Of a stretch of DNA of 64,000 nucleotides, positions 44,291 through 57,063 are shown piece by piece. Source of the DNA: Eledone cirrhosa. Taxonomy: Eukaryota. Under the pieces are notes generated by a model that searched no databases, was not told the DNA's origin, and saw only the letters and a list, made by a program, of their open reading frames with translations. The stretch's first letter is position 1, and every line of letters begins with the position of its first letter. Location: assembly GCA_964016885.1 (NCBI GenBank), contig CAXHJY010001561.1, positions 14,800 to 78,799 of the forward strand, read 5' to 3'. The position numbers and the translations under genes are program-made.

Positions 44291-45724
44291 ATTTGTGATT
44301 TTTCATAAAGGCATAAACCATTATTGTCCATTATTGTCTTTATAAAGAGACACCACCATTAATGTTCAATAAATTAATAATACAGTCAAGAATTTGTAGA
44401 GATTTAGTATTTAGTATATTGGTGTTTGGAACATAACTTAACAAAGATTCTAACATGTAGTTGTGGATAGATAAATATAAGCACTAAAAAATAAACAGTT
44501 TGTATCAAAGAACCAGGGCCTGTTTCAGACGGTTCGGTATCAAAAGGGTTAAATATTATTTTGATACCTTTCACCAAACCTTTCTAGAATTAATACAATC
44601 TTTTGACTTGAGTTCATTCTATAGGTTAAAACGTAGGGTTAAATGTTCCTTGCCCCCCAAACAGTAAGCCCGTGACAATCATTTCAATTATCCATAACAA
44701 TGTATTCTTTAAGGGAGATATAATGTGGCAATGAAGTTCCCTGAAAAATAGATTGGAGGGAATAAAACAAATAAAATGTTGCTAAAAAAGGAAAACAAGT
44801 CTATATCCTTGATGAGTTAGAGAAAGATCATTAAAGTAGAAATTACGTTTTAGCTCATGTATTAACTATAGCAGTTTGGTAACTGAAGACAACAGAATTG
44901 AGAATAATAACTAGACATTTTGATCAAACAAGTCTATGTTTAAAATAATGGGTCGAGTCTGGTGCTGCTGGAAATCTAAGATAGACAAAGCAGTGAATGA
45001 GAAAAAGATAATAGCTATAAAAGAAAAGTATTCGAAATCTATTTGTCAGGTTAACAAATTTACATGAGAAGGAAAGCATAGCCATGGAGAAGGCATGAAA
45101 TAATTAGGAAAATAAGATGGATAGAGAATAACAAAAGACAGGCAAGGCATCGCATGGGGTGGGGAATAAGGCTTTACCATTTTTGTGTAATGTTACAAAC
45201 CAGACGGTCATTAGGGAAAGCTGTGTGTAATTCCGTGACCACCAGGCAAAAAATAAAATAGATAAATAAATGTGTAGCATACTGTGAAGTATAAAAGAGA
45301 ATAAAAAAGGAAGCGTAGCCTAAGGCGGCCAACTGACTGGGTCAGTTATATACAGATCAAACAAAAGCGCCAGTAACTATAGCAATCAAGGAAGTGAAAT
45401 CCTGTTAGCTGAAATCCCTGGCGTCTCACTACGGCGATGTGTATTATCTTCCTTTCAAAGTCATATCGAGATAACAGTATAAATACACATCATGTTAACT
45501 ACAGATGACCGATACGAGTAACAGAAAAGGCCCTTGTATCGTAAGATTAAGATTGACAATGTGCAGCTTCACTTTGATTTCTATCACAAGGATGTATATA
45601 GAGACTGCAGATGCTATCTTCCGGATCGCTGGGGATGGGGGCGCTACTAAAAGTACAGAAGTTCTTTTACAGAGAATAAAATTCAATATCTACTGGGGGG
45701 GGGGGGGGGGGGTAAGGGTGATAG

Positions 45725-45935
45725 ATTGGCAGAATTGGTAGAGCGTCGGATAAAATACCATTGCGGTATTTGTTCTGGCTCTTCACATTCTGAGTTCAAA
45801 TCCCATCAAAGTCAACTTTGCCTTTCATCCTTCCGGGGTCGATAAAATAAAGTTCCAATGAAATACTGGGGTTGATTTAATCAACTTTGCCGTTCCCTAA
45901 CATTTGCTAGCCTTGTGCCTAAATTAGAAATCACT
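45725..45935 (+). mobile_element. Older Meta-core SINE
   Basis: TGGCAGAATTGG, GAGTTCAAATCCC, GCCTTTCATCCTTCCGGGGTCGATAAAATAAAG. Confidence 0.85.
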
Positions 45936-46019
45936 ATCTACTAGTGTGAACAAAGTATTTAATAGGGTCTTCCGCATCTTATAACTTAAAAAATAATGAA
46001 AACAGTTTTATAGCAAGTG

Positions 46020-46230
46020 TTGGCGGAGGTTGCCTTTTGTTTGCGGCGTTTCCTGTTCCTAACGCGACTCACAGTGGATGTCGGATACCGGTTTATCTTC
46101 AGTACTTCCAAAAAGTGTTTGGTGTGCGTGTCTCGGTCCCCCGTCCGGCTGCATTTACTCCGGGTACGTCTAAGTTCATTCCTTATGTATCCGAACTTGG
46201 CACCAAGGAGAAGGACCGAAGAAGAGATTT
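46020..46230 (-). pseudogene. Penelope-like retroelement RT thumb fragment
   Basis: AKFGYIRNELRRTRSKCSRTGDRDTHTKHFLEVLKINRYP fits the K...I.....R....CS.........F...L..N.YP pattern of Penelope RTs. Confidence 0.65.
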
Positions 46231-46688
46231 TATCTCGAAATATCAGGACATATAAATAAATCAGGTAACACACAACATCTTGTTTCGTCTTATTTTGCAT
46301 TGTCGTGGCCTTCAAACTTCACATATATTTATAATGTGGATTAATGTGTAAATCTGCAGCTGGATTGAAGTGCCATTTGAGGCATACACATAAAACAATG
46401 AACTGAAAAGACTGTTAAAACCTCATACATAGAATCGACGGGAGAGTCCATCATATATATATATATATATACAGTCCGAGCTGAAGATCCGCATAAGGTG
46501 AAACAATTGTTCTCGGTATGGTGAACTAACCGTTGTGTTACTACTTTATATATATAGAGAGAGAAAGAGAGAGAGAGAGAGAGACACACACACACATATA
46601 TATATACATGTATATCTATGTGTATATATATGTGTATATATATGTGTATATATATGTGTATATATATGTGTATATGTATATATATGTG

Positions 46689-46779
<91 letters not shown>

Positions 46780-47159
46780 CGTAATGAATGATATTAAACT
46801 GATGTGCCGTGTGTGAAATTCGAAAATGTATTAAATACAGTGTCATAATTCTGTTTTCTGTTCAATGTCACACGCCTCATTACAGATTGAGATGTATGTA
46901 TTACATTGCATGCATGTTTCCTTCTGGGGATTGACAACATTTTTAGAAACCTATATCATGTGATGTATAAAATGATTTCTATTTTAGACTCAAGGCATTT
47001 CTTCCAGCACTTTAATAATTCTGCCAATACACCACCCTCTTATGATTTACAATTTAAGGATAGGGCCCAGCAAATTGTGGAGAAGGAACAGTTGATTGAA
47101 TCTAGAAACAGACCTCACACAGGGCCCTCATTCATTATACATATTAGTTGGACAGATTT

Positions 47160-47378
47160 TACAGGCAAAACCAACAGGTAGGAGACCCAAAAGTAGGCAC
47201 CTCCCGAACAAGAAGGTTGAATAGCATCCATGAACTTGGCTCGTCACGCTTGGGGATCCAGTCGGATTAATTGGAGACGGTTACTTCTGACATGACCCGC
47301 TGGAGGGAGTGTTTGAGGACTCTGCCCCCACGACTCTCTCTCAGGAATAAATGTGTGACGAAGAAGAAGGAGGACCGA
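47160..47378 (+). pseudogene. 3' end of Expander/RTE-like LINE
   Basis: AKPTGRRPK..SRTRRLNSIHELGSSRLGIQSD*LETVTSDMTRWRECLRTLPPR with a frameshift; (GAA)n tail. Confidence 0.75.
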
Positions 47379-47419
47379 GAGACTCTTGCTTAGTTAATGT
47401 TTACTCTTGCTGATGAGCT

Positions 47420-47537
47420 GGAAAATGGGTATAGCTTTCATTATATAAAATCTCCCCATTTTGCCTCATTTCTCCCCGTTTTAAGGCACTTTTTTTCATG
47501 ATACTCCCGTTTGGCTTTTTAGAGGTTGGCAGGGCTG
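47420..47537 (+). mobile_element. MITE fragment (CAGACCTG family)
   Basis: Matches about 20106-20224. Confidence 0.7.
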
Positions 47538-48457
47538 ATCTAAAGGTTGCCATTCTTCACAGGAATAAGTGGGTGAAGAAGAAGAAGAAGAAGTCTCAAG
47601 TCTAGTAATTTGGAGGAAGAAGAAATGAGGATTAAATCAACGTCAGTTTTTAACTGCATTTTATCGACTCCAAGTCGACCTCGGCAGGATTCGAACTGGA
47701 ATATGAAGAGTTGGAAGAAATCCGCGAAGCTTTTTAGCGGAAACTTTAACGATTCTGACCATCTACCGCACTATTTAAGTGTTTAGAATAATGATCGTAG
47801 TCATTTCTATTATCTGTGTGTGTAAGTATCTGTGGGGGGGGGGGGGGGCGTGTGCAATAATATTGTGTAATAATATATATAACTGTAGAGTGAATATTTA
47901 TTTATGGTTGACTTCTCTCACTTGCAATAATTTCTTAAATTTCGACATAAAAATAAAATCAAAAATTTGGTGCCGGTTTGAATTGTTAAGAAAAACAGAT
48001 GAAGTAAAAGGTTAAACACAAATAAAATAAAATAAAATAAAATAAAATAAAAAAACAAATGATATCGAATTAAACAGGAAGTGTCGAAGATAGAAAAAAC
48101 AATTCAAAAATAAAAGGGAACAAAAAGGGAATCAGAATGAAACGAAAAGAGACGTGAAATGTGTTAGGAAATAAATAGTGAAGATATTAATGATAAAATA
48201 AATAGCAAAATATATTTTACGTAGATCAGTGTAAATATGTGTTGAGTTAAGACCAGAGTTCGGGCGCGTTGATAGATATTACAGTATTACTACACTGTAC
48301 ATACAATCTTATTGTAACGTGACAATGATAGAAAAGCCAATTTGAATGTATTTTTTTTCATTACTAGCAAATAAATTCGACCCTACCTGACTCCTACGCC
48401 ATTGCTGAAAAATACATTAACGGAGGGAAAAAAATTAACAGAACAATCTGACACACG

Positions 48458-48487
<30 letters not shown>

Positions 48488-48491
<4 letters not shown>

Positions 48492-48750
48492 GAAGGAGCT
48501 TCTACAGGACTAGTACTGTTTCATTCAGATGAAATCTTCAGGAAGCTGGGTGTCATATTAAGTTCTGGTATTTATATATTCTTGTATAAATACCAGAACT
48601 TAATATGACACCCAGCTTCCTAAAGATTTCATCTGAATGAAACAGCACTAGTCCTGTAGAAGCTCCTTCTATAAAATAAAAAAATTTACTCTGCCATGTA
48701 TTAAGTACCTTACTTACTGTGATTATCCCCGACTCAACCCGGGACCTACG
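48488..48750. mobile_element. Family E element: ~91-bp-arm hairpin plus 3' end, in (TA)n
   Basis: Arms 48488-48578 and 48583-48673; the distal part is the reverse complement of about 52998-53060. Confidence 0.85.
48497..48547 (-). ncRNA. Putative type-I hammerhead ribozyme (family E); plus-strand mirror 48614-48664 has a CTAAAGA mutant core
   Basis: Minus: AGCTTC-CTGAAGA-T-TTCA/TGAA-T-GAAA-CAG-tactagtc-CTG-TA-GAAGCT; GUA triplet. Confidence 0.75.
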
Positions 48751-48752
48751 TG

Positions 48753-48805
<53 letters not shown>

Positions 48806-48925
48806 ATAATAAATGTGAAGACTAAATATATATATATATGTGTGTGTGTAAATATATATAAATATGTATATATGTATATATATATATGTGTGTGTGTGCG
48901 TATATATATATATATGTGTGTGTGC

Positions 48926-48977
<52 letters not shown>

Positions 48978-49075
48978 ATAATAAATGTGAAGACTAAATA
49001 TATATATATATATATGTGTGTGTGTGTAAATATATATAAATATGTATATATGTATATATATATATATATGTGTGC

Positions 49076-49138
<63 letters not shown>

Positions 49139-49699
49139 TGTGTGAATGTATATATGTGTTGTTATTGTTATCAATGTCCGACAAAATGATTTGCGGTATT
49201 TGTTACAGATGTCTGCGTTTTGAGTTCAAATCCTGCCAAGGACAACTTTGACTTTCATCTTTCCGGGAGAAAGTAGTAGGCTATGATGACCTCAGTGTAT
49301 TACTGGTACTTCATGTGTATTACTGGCTTCGGCAGAATTTGAATAGCGAATGTACAGGGACAATAGAAATACCGCACAGCCATTTTATCGGACGCTCTAC
49401 CAATTCTTCAAATCCTTCACTCTGTGAAGTCATATAGTATTTGTATATCATTGTAAATCATCCACTATCAAAATATATTAGACATCACTTCATTTTAAGT
49501 CACATGAACAATCATCATTAAAGAAAATCTTCAACAAAAACAAGAAAATGAAATACAAAATATGGGGTTTCTTAGCATTTCGGCGCTATCTCTGTTTTAT
49601 ATTTTTTTTATATTTTTCAAAAATTTCAAATGATTGATGGCAACAAATTTCGCCAAATGAACCATCTTATAATACTTAAAACCATTTATTGTATTTTCT

Positions 49700-49910
49700 T
49701 TTATTCAATTATTTATCTATTGTATTTTATTTTATTTATTTATTTATTTTATTTTATTTATTTATTTTATTTATTTTATTTATTTTATTTATTTTATTTT
49801 ATTTATTTTATTTTATTTATTTATTTATTTTTATTTATTTATTTTTTTATTTATTTATTTATTTATTTATTTTTTTATTTATTTATTTATTTATTTCTAT
49901 TTATTTATTT
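49700..49910. repeat. (TTTA/TTTTA)n microsatellite
   Basis: Direct inspection. Confidence 0.95.
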
Positions 49911-50067
49911 CATAGGTGATCCTTAACATAAGAAACCGTTTGACACTGATTTGAAGAATAAATGAGCGGAAATATGTCAGGATTCAACTATTTCTCTAGG
50001 TTTTTACTGAAGACAGACATCTATTTCAAGTTACATCTCCCTGGTGTCATTATTTTCAATGTCTTAA

Positions 50068-50525
50068 AGGCGGTGGATTGGCAGTCTCGGTAGAGCGTCG
50101 GACAACATGTTTTTCAGCATAGAGTTACGGCTCTTTTTCTTCTGTGTTCAAATCCCACCAAAGTTAATTTTGTTTTTCATTCTTACAGGTTCGATAAAAT
50201 ATAGCACCAGTAATACCCTAGGGTCGATTGAATCGACTTTCACCTCCCCCCAAATTGTTGGCCTTGATCCTATACTAGAAATCATTATTTTCAAAGTCTT
50301 AAGGGTAGTGGGTTGGCAGCATCAGTAGAGCGTCGGACACCTTGCTTTGCAGCATAGAGTTACGGCCCATTTTCGTTCTGTATTCAAATCCCACTGAGGT
50401 TAACTTTGCCCTTCATCCTTACGGGTTCGATAAAATATAGCACCAGTAATGCACTGAGGTCGATTTGATCGACTTTCCCCTCCCCTTCAAATTGCCGGCC
50501 TTGTGCCTAAAGTAAAAACAAGTAA
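50068..50525 (+). mobile_element. Two head-to-tail Meta-core SINEs
   Basis: Starts at about 50068 and 50302, each preceded by TCATTATTTTCAAWGTCTTAA. Confidence 0.88.
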
Positions 50526-50775
50526 TTTCAATGACTTCAAAATTAGCCATCTACCGACACATCGCCTCTTCAAACGCTCTTGTCACGTGTTCATCTCTCA
50601 ATCTTAAGTCATGACGATTGTCCCCCGTTTGCCTTCAAACTTCAAACTTCACAACAACGACAACAACAACAAAAACTCTTCCACCTCTTTTCTCACATCA
50701 TCAGGTATAAACAGTCACAAAGTTCGAACACTACTCTGATCATTCTCTTCTCAAACCAAACAAGGTGACTAATTG

Positions 50776-51156
50776 TAATAATTGTTTCTATTTAAGGCAC
50801 AAGGCCAGAAATTTGAAGGGGGAGGGAAAAGTCGATTAAATCTATCCCCCAGTGTATTACCGGTGCTTTATTTTATCGACCCCGTAAGGATGAAAGGCAA
50901 ACCTAATCTCGGCGTAATTTGAACTCAGAACGTAAAGGCCCGTAACTCTATGCTGCGAAATCGTAATAATTGTTTCTACTTTTGGCACAAGGTCAGTAAT
51001 TATCCCCAGCCAGCGTATTACTGGTACTTTATTCTATCGACCCCGTAAGGATGAAAGTCAAAGTTAACCTCGGCGGGATTTGAACTCCGAACGTAAAGGG
51101 CCGTAACTCTATGTTGCAAAGCATCGCATCCGACCTACCGATACTGCCAATCCACC
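50776..51156 (-). mobile_element. Two head-to-tail Meta-core SINEs on the minus strand
   Basis: 50776-50960 and 50965-51156. Confidence 0.88.
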
Positions 51157-51184
51157 TGTCTTTCTTTTACTCTCTACCAGTAAA

Positions 51185-51350
51185 TCTCAAAGCTAGCTCC
51201 TATCGTCACTAAACTCTTCAATCTTCTATTTTCTCTCCCCACTTCACAGCAATCTACAGAAACATGTGTCAGATGTCCCAGTCCTATAAACAGCAAACTC
51301 TCTGATCTTGAACACTAGCGATCTATTGCTCTCACTGCCGAACATGATGG
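51185..51350 (+). pseudogene. Decayed CR1/L2/Jockey-group LINE RT N-terminal fragment
   Basis: KLAPIVTKLFNLL / KHVSDVPVL / SDLEH*RSIALT in order, across frameshifts. Confidence 0.6.
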
Positions 51351-51565
51351 AGATAGATACAAGCAACCTTCGACCATAACCAGGACGAGAACCTTCCAGT
51401 TATCTCTCATTGCTGAAATTGAACGCTTCTTATCAAACTGTTTCATTACACTGTTTGTTGACAGATCTCTCTCTCTCTCTATTTATCTATCTATCTTTCT
51501 ATCTATCTATATCTTTCTTTCTTCCGCCCATCTCTCTCTCTCATTCCATCTCTATCTTTCTCCCT

Positions 51566-51604
<39 letters not shown>

Positions 51605-51966
51605 ACTCTTTCTCTGTCACCCCCTTTCCATCTCTATCTCTCTCCCTTACTACTCACTCTCTCTCTCTGTCTCTCTCTCTTTCTCTCACTTTCTTTCTTT
51701 CACTCCCCATCTCTCGGTTTTTCATTTTCTTTCTCACTTTCTCTCCCTCTCCTCCATCTCTTTCTCCCCTCTCTCTCTCTCTCTCTCACTCACCACCTCT
51801 CTGTTTCTCATTTTCTCCTTTTCTCTCTCCGTATTCCCCCTCCTCTCTCTCTCTCTTTCTCTCTAGTGACTCCCGGTGTTCGATTATTATATCTCTCACA
51901 CTCTTTCTTCCATGTAAAAAAAATGACCAACTTATTCTTCATTGTAACACCGCCCACGCCTACACA

Positions 51967-52108
51967 AATAATTGTTTCTACTTTAGGCACAAGGCCAGCA
52001 ATACACCAGTAATGTACTGGTGCTTTATTTTATCGACCCCGTAAGGATGAAAGGCAAAGTTAACCTCGGCGGGATTTGACCCTCTACCGATACTGCCAAT
52101 CCACCGCC
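51967..52108 (-). mobile_element. Internally deleted Meta-core SINE with TSD
   Basis: CCTACACAAATAAT on both sides. Confidence 0.88.
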
Positions 52109-52255
52109 TACACAAATAATACCTCTTCTTAAGTCCTTCTCGGTCTTCTGCACACATACGTCATTCACTCATTTACTAGAACTAGTCACATACAACTGCA
52201 CTATTCCTCTCTCTACTACTACTACTACTACTGTTACTACTACTACTACTACTGT

Positions 52256-52286
<31 letters not shown>

Positions 52287-52291
52287 GTTAT

Positions 52292-52322
<31 letters not shown>

Positions 52323-52909
52323 GCTGTTACTACAGTCTGCTTCTTTGAACTAATAAAGCTGCATTTCACCAGAAACCAGATCCAGTCGCTGCACCAGTCT
52401 CTACAATCCTCATTCTCCCTGCTTTAGTCTCAACCCACAAAAACCACCACGTAACAGTTTAACCAATCATTCCCCTCTTGTTCATGTGGAACATCAACTG
52501 AATGGATTCCACCATTATGGGAGGGCCTAATAAAATCATGGGGGCCAAACCTACTCTAAAATTTATTTTTTTTTTTTAAATATCTCAACCAATAGATATT
52601 TTCTTATAATTTTCATTACTTCATTTTTCATTTAACCTTATAAAATTTCTATTATTTTCACTGTTGTTGTTGTTATTAGTCGTGGTGATGGTGATGGTGA
52701 TGGTGATGGTGATGGTGATGGTAGGGGTTATTGTGATGATGGTGTTAGGATGCTATTGTTCCTCTCCCTCCAGTCATCTCTGATCGAAAATACTGATGAT
52801 CGAATGATCAAATGCATTTAAACAATGACCATCCCGTAATGTTCGTCCATCGTGCAATGGAGTGTCATTTTAGTGGGATGTGCCAAGGGTTAAATAACAC
52901 ACACTCACA

Positions 52910-52979
<70 letters not shown>

Positions 52980-52997
52980 CTACTTATATATATATAA

Positions 52998-53285
52998 GTT
53001 TAGGCCGGGTTCAATCGGGGGTAACCACAGTAAGTAAGGTACTCAATACATAACAGAGTAGAAACATTTAATATATAATATAGAAATGGTTTCTACAGGA
53101 CTAGAACTATTTCAGAAGATCCCGTTAAGGGTGAAAGCAGCGATTCTTTCCTTAAACTTTAATCTATTATTTTAATAAATATTTGCTCTACGGGTTTTAT
53201 ATATTTATATATATATTCATATATATATATAATCCCTATCGAGCCCTCTTCGGATTTTAGTCTTCACATTTATTATTACTACTAT
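52998..53285. mobile_element. Chimera of family E (52998-53113, opposite strand) and family F (53110-53285)
   Basis: The junction TTTCAG lies inside both hammerhead-like folds. Confidence 0.65.
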
Positions 53286-54124
53286 ATATATATGTGTGTG
53301 TGTGTGTATGTGTGTGTGTGTGTGCGTGTGTGTGTGTGTATGTGTGTATGTGCGTGTGTGTGTGTATGTGTGTGTGTGTGTATACATACATACATACATA
53401 CATACTTATATAAACATATAAATATATCAATATGTATAGATATATTTGGATATATAGATATATTTAAAAGATAATGCCCATGTCCCATGTATAAAAATCT
53501 CAAAAAAAAACTTTGATTTTTCTTTTTAATGTCAAATATATATAATTAGAATTACAAGTACAATCCATCCCTCTGGCTTCCAAACTAGGAAAGTACGAAG
53601 ACAGTCAACTATTTTGAAATACTGGGTCTCTTCAAGCGCGCACATTCTAAAGGAAGAGTATAGTCGATTAAATCGACCCCAGTACTTGAATGGTTCTATC
53701 GATCATTTTATTACCAAAGAAAAGGAAGTTTTCTCTTTCGTATTTGCAAACTGAATAGATTGTAAAATAACATCAAACGAATTTTTGTTTTTTTTTCTTA
53801 TTGATTAAGACAGCGTTTTGGTGTTTTTGTTGTCTTTTTATTTTCAGAGGCAGACAGAACGAAAATTGTTTGTATTTGTTCATCTGGGAAATAGCAAGAT
53901 TATGCAAGCACCATGGTGTGGTAATAAGCTACCAATGAGATCAATCACAGTCGTATGTTCGATTCCTCATTGAACTATTTCACTTCATTTCATATAATTG
54001 AGAATTCCAGCTGCAGACAATAGCACGGAGAAAGCTGTGCTCTACTAATGGCTTACCATATAAAGAGAAAGCCTGTCGTGGCACTCAACAATCAAATACC
54101 AGAAGATTTTCATTGGCTTCTTTG

Positions 54125-54696
54125 CAGATCTGCCAACCTCTAAAACCCCCAGACGGAGAGTACTATGAAAAAAAGTACCCCAAACGGGGAGCAATGGAGC
54201 AATATAGGGAGATTTTACATAATGAAAGCTATACTCATTTTCACAAGAGAAGACATCTCTCATGTGAGCAAGTGAGTGTATGTGTGTGTGTGAGCATGTG
54301 TGTGAGTGCATGTCTGTGTGTGTGAATGAGTGTGTGTGTCTGTATGTGTATGAATGAGTGTGTGTGTGTGTATCTGTGAGTGTGTGCGTGCATGTGTGTG
54401 CATGCATGTCTGTGTGTGTGTGCGTGTGTGTGTGTGCATGTGTGTCTATGTGTGCGTACATGTGTGTGTTCATGTATGTGTGCATGTGTGTCTATGTGTC
54501 TGTGTCTGTAGACCCCTAAAAACCCCAGACGGGTAGTACCATGAAAAAAAGTGCCCCAAACGGGGAGAAATGAAGCAAAATGGGGTGATTTTACATAATA
54601 AAAGCTATATCCATTTTCACAAGAGAAGACATCTCTCACCCACCCCAAAGTGGGTGGTAGAATCTCCCCGTCCGACGGGGAGAGTTGACAGGTCTG
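54125..54696 (-). mobile_element. Two MITE copies (CAGACCTG family) separated by a TG-rich microsatellite
   Basis: Outer TIRs CAGATCTGCCAAC and GTTGACAGGTCTG; the internal segment is duplicated. Confidence 0.8.
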
Positions 54697-54919
54697 ACTT
54701 TGATTAAAACAACTACAAGTGAGACACGAAACCAGATCACAGATATTATCTGCTGCCTCTCATTACACAAACAAAAGTTCCCAAACTCATAGAAGTGTTA
54801 AGATGGAGCGTTGGGACGTTCAAAATGTAATATTTAAACAAAGAAAATAGAATAAAATACCATCTTCTCAAACAGAAATTGGGTGCGAACTTGGCTTCAT
54901 GAAATATTACTTCTATATT

Positions 54920-55470
54920 GAATGGACGACGGTCGGGTTCGTTGATCAATGTTCCAATTGTTCGATTTATGGAACAGCCTGCACATGAAATTAACGTGTA
55001 AGTGTCTGGCCATTCAACAGACACGTGTACCTTTAGCATAATTCTCAGGGAATTTCACCGTCATACTGGATGTGTCAACGCAGGGCCCATTGAATTTCAG
55101 ATACAATCTAATCCGATGGGCTTCTAAATATTTTCAGTCTACTCAATTTCATTCAGAATGCTTTGGTCGACCCGACGCTATAGTATATAGTCCAAGATAC
55201 AACGCAATGGCCTCGACAGACCTGTCAACTCTCCCCGTCCGACAGGGAGATCTCTCACCCACTCCAAACTCCAAAGTGGGTGAGGAATGTCTTCTCTTGT
55301 GAAAATGGGTATAGCTTTCGTTATGAAAAATCTCACCATTTTGTCTCATTTCTCTCCGTTTTGGGACCCCTTTTATTCCTGGTGCTCCCCGTTTGGATTT
55401 TTAGAGGCTGTCAGGTCTGCATTAAACATAGGATCTAATGATTGAGAAGCGAACATCTTCACCATTTGAC
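54920..55470 (-). mobile_element. CORE-like SINE interrupted by a MITE
   Basis: Tail 54920-55100 and head 55100-55216/55420-55470 homologous to 22200-22497. Confidence 0.55.
55217..55419 (+). mobile_element. Full-length MITE (CAGACCTG family)
   Basis: TIRs CAGACCTG / CAGGTCTG. Confidence 0.8.
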
Positions 55471-55832
55471 TACCCTGTGTCCACTAACGTTTACTGAACG
55501 TTCAGTTGAATGTCATAAAGTATCTGTTCTCATAGTATACAGCACCAGTTGCTTAGAACGTATAATGTCAGTCGGTGTCAGTATTATGGCGTCAGAATGA
55601 CACAGAAAGCTCTCCAATGATTAAGGTGTCGGTGAGATTTAGGTAATACAATATCGTCTACGATCACAGTTTCTGTTATTGTTGTTTTTATTGCTTCTTA
55701 TACGATATATGTGTCTATGTAATTGTGCCTTTATTGGTCTCTATGCGTGCTTGAGTGTGTGTGTTAAGTCGATTGCATTAGTTCCGGGAAAATCGTATAT
55801 ATATATATTTATATATTTATATATATATATAT

Positions 55833-56000
55833 AACGAAGGAATTGTGGTAAGGAACCAGATGGACCATAACGCACCAGAGTACTCAATACTTAGGGTAGT
55901 AAAGTGGGTAATAGGAAAATGTATGACCCCGACGGCAGAGCTCAAGCTATTTCTGGACTAGTCCAGAAATAGCCGTCGAAACGGCTCATACTTTTTCCTA
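55833..56000. mobile_element. Family D element copy 3 with nested hairpins
   Basis: GCTATTTCTGGAC-TA-GTCCAGAAATAGC hairpin within TAGGAAAA.GTATGA/TCATAC.TTTTCCTA arms; flanked by (TA)n. Confidence 0.75.
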
Positions 56001-56705
56001 TATATATATAAATACATTATCGGAGAAAGCTAATAGCGATACTCCGGCCAAATCCCAACTCACTCAACAAACATTAGGAAATAAGTGAGTATATTCCTAA
56101 TTAAACGTTCGGGGTGCTAACTAATTGTATTGTGTGGAAAATTGGCTGTATTATTTCATATGAGATTTATCAAATATATCTCTTCCCAGACGGACGTCTC
56201 GTTTCATTATAAGATTCCTACAAGTTAGGTGAAATTATACCAATTTATATAGAAGCTTGTATAAGATCAATAGATACTTATTCAATTTCTTCAGTGGGTG
56301 CCCAATAACATCAATATTGATAGTCAAATCAACATTAATATTTAGCGATAATCACCATCGGTGCTTGAGGTAGCTGTTAGGTTGCTAGCCCAGCAGTTCT
56401 AAAGAAATTCTCATACTGTCTCAAAAAAAGCGGAAGGAGAATTACCGCCAAAAAACAATACATGCGCAGGACAATGAATTCTAAAAGGAATTCAAGTCAC
56501 GTGCTAGAACTCAATTGGAATTTGAAAAAATACCCGTATGTGTACATCATTTGATGACACAGATATTTTCTCGGGCAAAATAACAGAATGAGATACAAGA
56601 AACAATCAATATTCATATATAAAAATAAACAGAGTCAAACCTTATATCGGGAAGTTCATATCCGTTGCATATATATATATATATATGTGTGTGTATATAT
56701 ATATA

Positions 56706-56773
<68 letters not shown>

Positions 56774-57063
56774 TGTTTGTGTGTGTGCGTGTATACTTAT
56801 ATATAAATACATATGTTTTTATGTATATCTATGTACATATGTGTATATACATGAGTGTGTGTATATATATATATGAGTGTATATATGTGTGTGTGTGTGT
56901 ATGCGTGTTTATGTGTGGCCTTCGCAAGTCCTCGGAGTTCAGTGAGGTCGAGGGGGCTTAATATTTTAAAACAATTGACGACCGACCTATCAGCGATCTT
57001 GCAGTCCCTCCAGACTGAATTCAATAAAAGCAAAAGTCTAGGCGTGAATGGCTGTTTTCTGTA

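Noticed and set aside
45505-45741. 78-aa non-repetitive ORF
   Set aside because: No recognisable motif, weak splice context, runs into poly-G and a SINE
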